A DNA stretch of 8,144 bases from a virus (lineage: Duplodnaviria; Heunggongvirae; Uroviricota; Caudoviricetes), in IMG/VR virus record IMGVR_UViG_2695420485_000006; one strand, given 5' to 3'. Below are positions 6,585-8,144 of this stretch, in pieces (the first letter of the stretch is position 1; each line of letters begins with the position of its first letter). A model generated the notes under the pieces. It had not been told where the DNA came from, searched no databases, and saw nothing but the letters and a program-made list of their open reading frames with translations. Both the position numbers and the translations under genes were made by a program.

Positions 6585-7022
6585 TTATTTCAGGCATTGC
6601 GTCCTGATGTATTCCTGCAGGTAGTTAACCTGCGCGGTTATCTTGTCGATTCCACCTCGGAGACGGTAATAATTGAGTTCAGCATCTGCTGTAAGTCCTG
6701 GGCTTTCTCCATCGCCCATGCTGCTGGCTCCGGTCGTTGACTTTGCACAGGTGGCGGAGACTTGCAGGCGCTTACGCCCAGCAGAAACATCAGCACGGAG
6801 ACTTTCGATAGTCGCATTAGCATCAGCAAGCTCCTTTGTGTATCTGGCGTCAAGTTCTGCTACATCACGTTGCCGCTTCTGCATATCAGCGATGATGGAT
6901 GTGGCTCTATCGCGCTGCTCTTTGTAGGCGATGGCGTTATCACGGTAATGATTAACAGCCCATGAAAGGCAGACGATGAGGCAGATGACCAGAACGTAGA
7001 TAATCGCGGTTACTCTGCTCAT
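6585..7022 (-). CDS. Rz: Rz-type i-spanin (inner-membrane spanin subunit)
   Basis: N-terminal transmembrane helix ([20 protein letters not shown]) followed by a charged coiled-coil periplasmic domain. ATG at 7022 overlaps the endolysin stop (ATGA); the track's alternative start at 7034 adds MGAT. Contains Rz1 embedded in the +1 frame. Confidence 0.8.
   Translation of the reverse strand: MSRVTAIIYVLVICLIVCLSWAVNHYRDNAIAYKEQRDRATSIIADMQKRQRDVAELDARYTKELADANATIESLRADVSAGRKRLQVSATCAKSTTGASSMGDGESPGLTADAELNYYRLRGGIDKITAQVNYLQEYIRTQCLK
6638..6823 (-). CDS. Rz1: Rz1-type o-spanin (outer-membrane lipoprotein), embedded within Rz in another frame
   Basis: Embedded ORF with lipoprotein signal peptide and lipobox ([20 protein letters not shown]) and a short proline-rich mature part ([37 protein letters not shown]), resembling lambda Rz1 from memory. 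Exact start is uncertain: M at 6823 or 6817; the track ORF begins at 6853. Confidence 0.7.
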   Translation of the reverse strand: MLMRLSKVSVLMFLLGVSACKSPPPVQSQRPEPAAWAMEKAQDLQQMLNSIITVSEVESTR

Positions 7023-7516
7023 TGTTGCCCCCACAAACAGACTTCACGCTCAATCTCACGGCGAGTCATCAGCCCTTTCCATTGCTTACCGCCAGCGTAT
7101 GTCCAGCGCCGTAGCTGATCACATGCGCTTTTGATATCGCCCTGGTTTATTTTGCGAAGAAGCGTCGATGTTCTGAAATTGCCAGCGCCCACGTTGTAAA
7201 CGAACGAGTAAAGAGCGCCGCGCGTTGTTTCCGGTATATCGACTTTGATGTACGGGTTTATTTGTCTGGCGACCGTGGCAAGGTCTTTATTCAGGAGGGC
7301 TTTGCATTCTGCTTCGGTATACGTTTTACCGGGCATGATGTCTTTTCCGGTGTGTCCATGACATACAGTCCATACGCCAACGATATCTTCGTATGGTATG
7401 TAGCTGACACCTTCCAGGCCATCGTCACCACTCGGACCAGTGATGAGCACAGACGCTATGGCAACAGCCCCACCACCAATAGCAGCAGCAACGGCTTTTC
7501 GTAATGATGGAGGCAT
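7019..7516 (-). CDS. R: SAR endolysin (phage lysozyme, T4-lysozyme/GH24 family, R21-like)
   Basis: 165-aa ORF. N-terminal Gly/Ala-rich weakly hydrophobic signal-anchor-release segment ([21 protein letters not shown]) followed by a lysozyme catalytic region ([23 protein letters not shown]). Start overlaps the holin stop (TAATG). Confidence 0.9.
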   Translation of the reverse strand: MPPSLRKAVAAAIGGGAVAIASVLITGPSGDDGLEGVSYIPYEDIVGVWTVCHGHTGKDIMPGKTYTEAECKALLNKDLATVARQINPYIKVDIPETTRGALYSFVYNVGAGNFRTSTLLRKINQGDIKSACDQLRRWTYAGGKQWKGLMTRREIEREVCLWGQQ

Positions 7517-7722
7517 TATTCACCTCTTGCAGCCTTGCGCTTATCTTCTTTAATCTTGAAATAAAGGTTTGTCAGATACGTCAGCAGGCCAAACAGCAGA
7601 CTCCCCAGCACACCTATTGCCACCCACTGGGACGGAGAGACTTTGTCCAGCAGCTGCAGTAACCAGTATCCCGTCCCCACCGCTGACGTGGTGTATGACA
7701 CACCTGTTGTGATTTTTTCCAT
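7516..7722 (-). CDS. S: Class II holin / pinholin (phage 21 S21-like)
   Basis: 68-aa ORF with two transmembrane segments and a charged C-terminus ([13 protein letters not shown]). Near-identical in pattern to phage 21 S21 as I remember it (…[14 protein letters not shown]…[22 protein letters not shown]). GGAGA Shine-Dalgarno ~10 nt upstream. Confidence 0.9.
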   Translation of the reverse strand: MEKITTGVSYTTSAVGTGYWLLQLLDKVSPSQWVAIGVLGSLLFGLLTYLTNLYFKIKEDKRKAARGE

Positions 7723-7767
7723 CTGATGTATGTCTCCGTCACCGCCGACAGAAAATGAAAGTAAAGG

Positions 7768-7802
7768 AAAACAAAAAGCCGCCAGTGTCGCCCACTGACG
7801 GC
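7768..7802 (-). terminator. Strong intrinsic terminator in the late leader (tR'-like), just upstream of the holin
   Basis: Minus-strand RNA reads GCCGUCAGUG-GGCGA-CACUGGCGGC (10-bp stem, one G-U pair) followed by UUUUUGUUUU; ends ~46 nt before the holin start codon. Confidence 0.6.
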
Positions 7803-7980
7803 CAACGCCGGGAGCCGTGATTATGGCATTCAGGCTCTGCTAAAAATGCCAGATAACATTCCGGCTCCCCCCCCCTGATTCAGGTTATAAATGACACAAT
7901 ATCTTGACAACACCCATCACTGTCTGTCAGAAAATGTACTGCCAGATATAAGTATCATGTGAAACCCAACTATCCTTCTT

Positions 7981-8023
7981 AGCCAGTACTTCTCCGACGA
8001 AAGTCAGTACTGGCTGTTTTTTT
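7981..8023 (+). terminator. Perfect 10-bp hairpin followed by a T7 run on the plus strand (antisense to the late operon)
   Basis: AGCCAGTACT (7981-7990) and AGTACTGGCT (8006-8015) are exact reverse complements. The 15-nt loop contains GAC-GAAA-GTC (possible inner stem with GNRA tetraloop). Followed by G then T7 (8017-8023). On the minus strand the same hairpin has no U-tract. Confidence 0.5.
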
Positions 8024-8024
8024 A

Positions 8025-8144
8025 TTATGCTGCCGGTGCATTTATCTCCAGCACCAGACTTTCTATCTCAACGCCATACGCTGCATTTTTTGTAACATCC
8101 GTCAGCGTCAGCGCATTCAGTCCCAGTGTCAGACTGTCTTTTAT
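8025..8144 (-). CDS. C-terminal fragment of an upstream gene (runs off the window end); possibly a Q-type late antiterminator, by position only
   Basis: Only one minus-strand frame is open across 8144..8028 (…IKDSLTLGLNALTLTDVTKNAAYGVEIESLVLEINAPAA, stop TAA at 8027-8025). Its position upstream of the late leader, terminator and holin matches the Q-pR'-tR'-S layout of lambdoid phages. No sequence-based identification. Confidence 0.35.
   Translation of the reverse strand: MKDSLTLGLNALTLTDVTKNAAYGVEIESLVLEINAPAA

Noticed and set aside
6673-7805. Plus-strand ORFs antisense to the lysis genes (6673..6927, 6762..6965, 7262..7504, 7614..7805)
   Set aside because: They overlap the holin, endolysin and Rz frames, which have strong family signatures and coupled starts.
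7904-7909. Perfect TTGACA -35 hexamer on the plus strand
   Set aside because: No acceptable -10 hexamer 16-18 bp downstream (TCAGAA or GTCAGA), so it is probably coincidental; weaker alternative elements are discussed in the findings.
7723-8024. tRNA gene in the interval upstream of the holin (tRNAs often sit there in Stx-type lambdoid phages)
   Set aside because: No cloverleaf-compatible segment with a T-loop-like GTTCRANYC motif and acceptor-stem pairing was apparent on reading; the structured elements are explained by terminator hairpins.

Overview
This window is the late region of a lambdoid / HK97-like enterobacterial (pro)phage, with almost every gene on the minus strand. No tRNA, rRNA, CRISPR array, transposase or integrase was recognised, and I see no convincing multi-gene defence system. 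All family assignments come from reading the translated ORFs against remembered family signatures; no database search was run.

Reading from high to low coordinates:
- 3' end of an upstream gene (possibly a Q-type antiterminator, by position only)
- ~300-bp late-leader region with a strong intrinsic terminator just before the lysis genes
- lysis cassette: S21-type pinholin, SAR endolysin, Rz with embedded Rz1
- an intrinsic terminator
- a small accessory cluster: Rha-like regulator translationally coupled to a 67-aa ORF, one opposite-strand 66-aa RHH-like ORF, and a 320-bp structured non-coding spacer
- HNH endonuclease
- a cos-like packaging region with five clustered GTTAAC-core sites and a GC-rich homopolymer block
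- terminase small and large subunits
- a 645-aa fused prohead protease / scaffold / HK97-fold major capsid protein
- the start of the next gene

The best candidates for new biology are the accessory cluster between Rz and HNH, and a head module that goes directly from TerL to a protease-capsid fusion with no portal gene in between.
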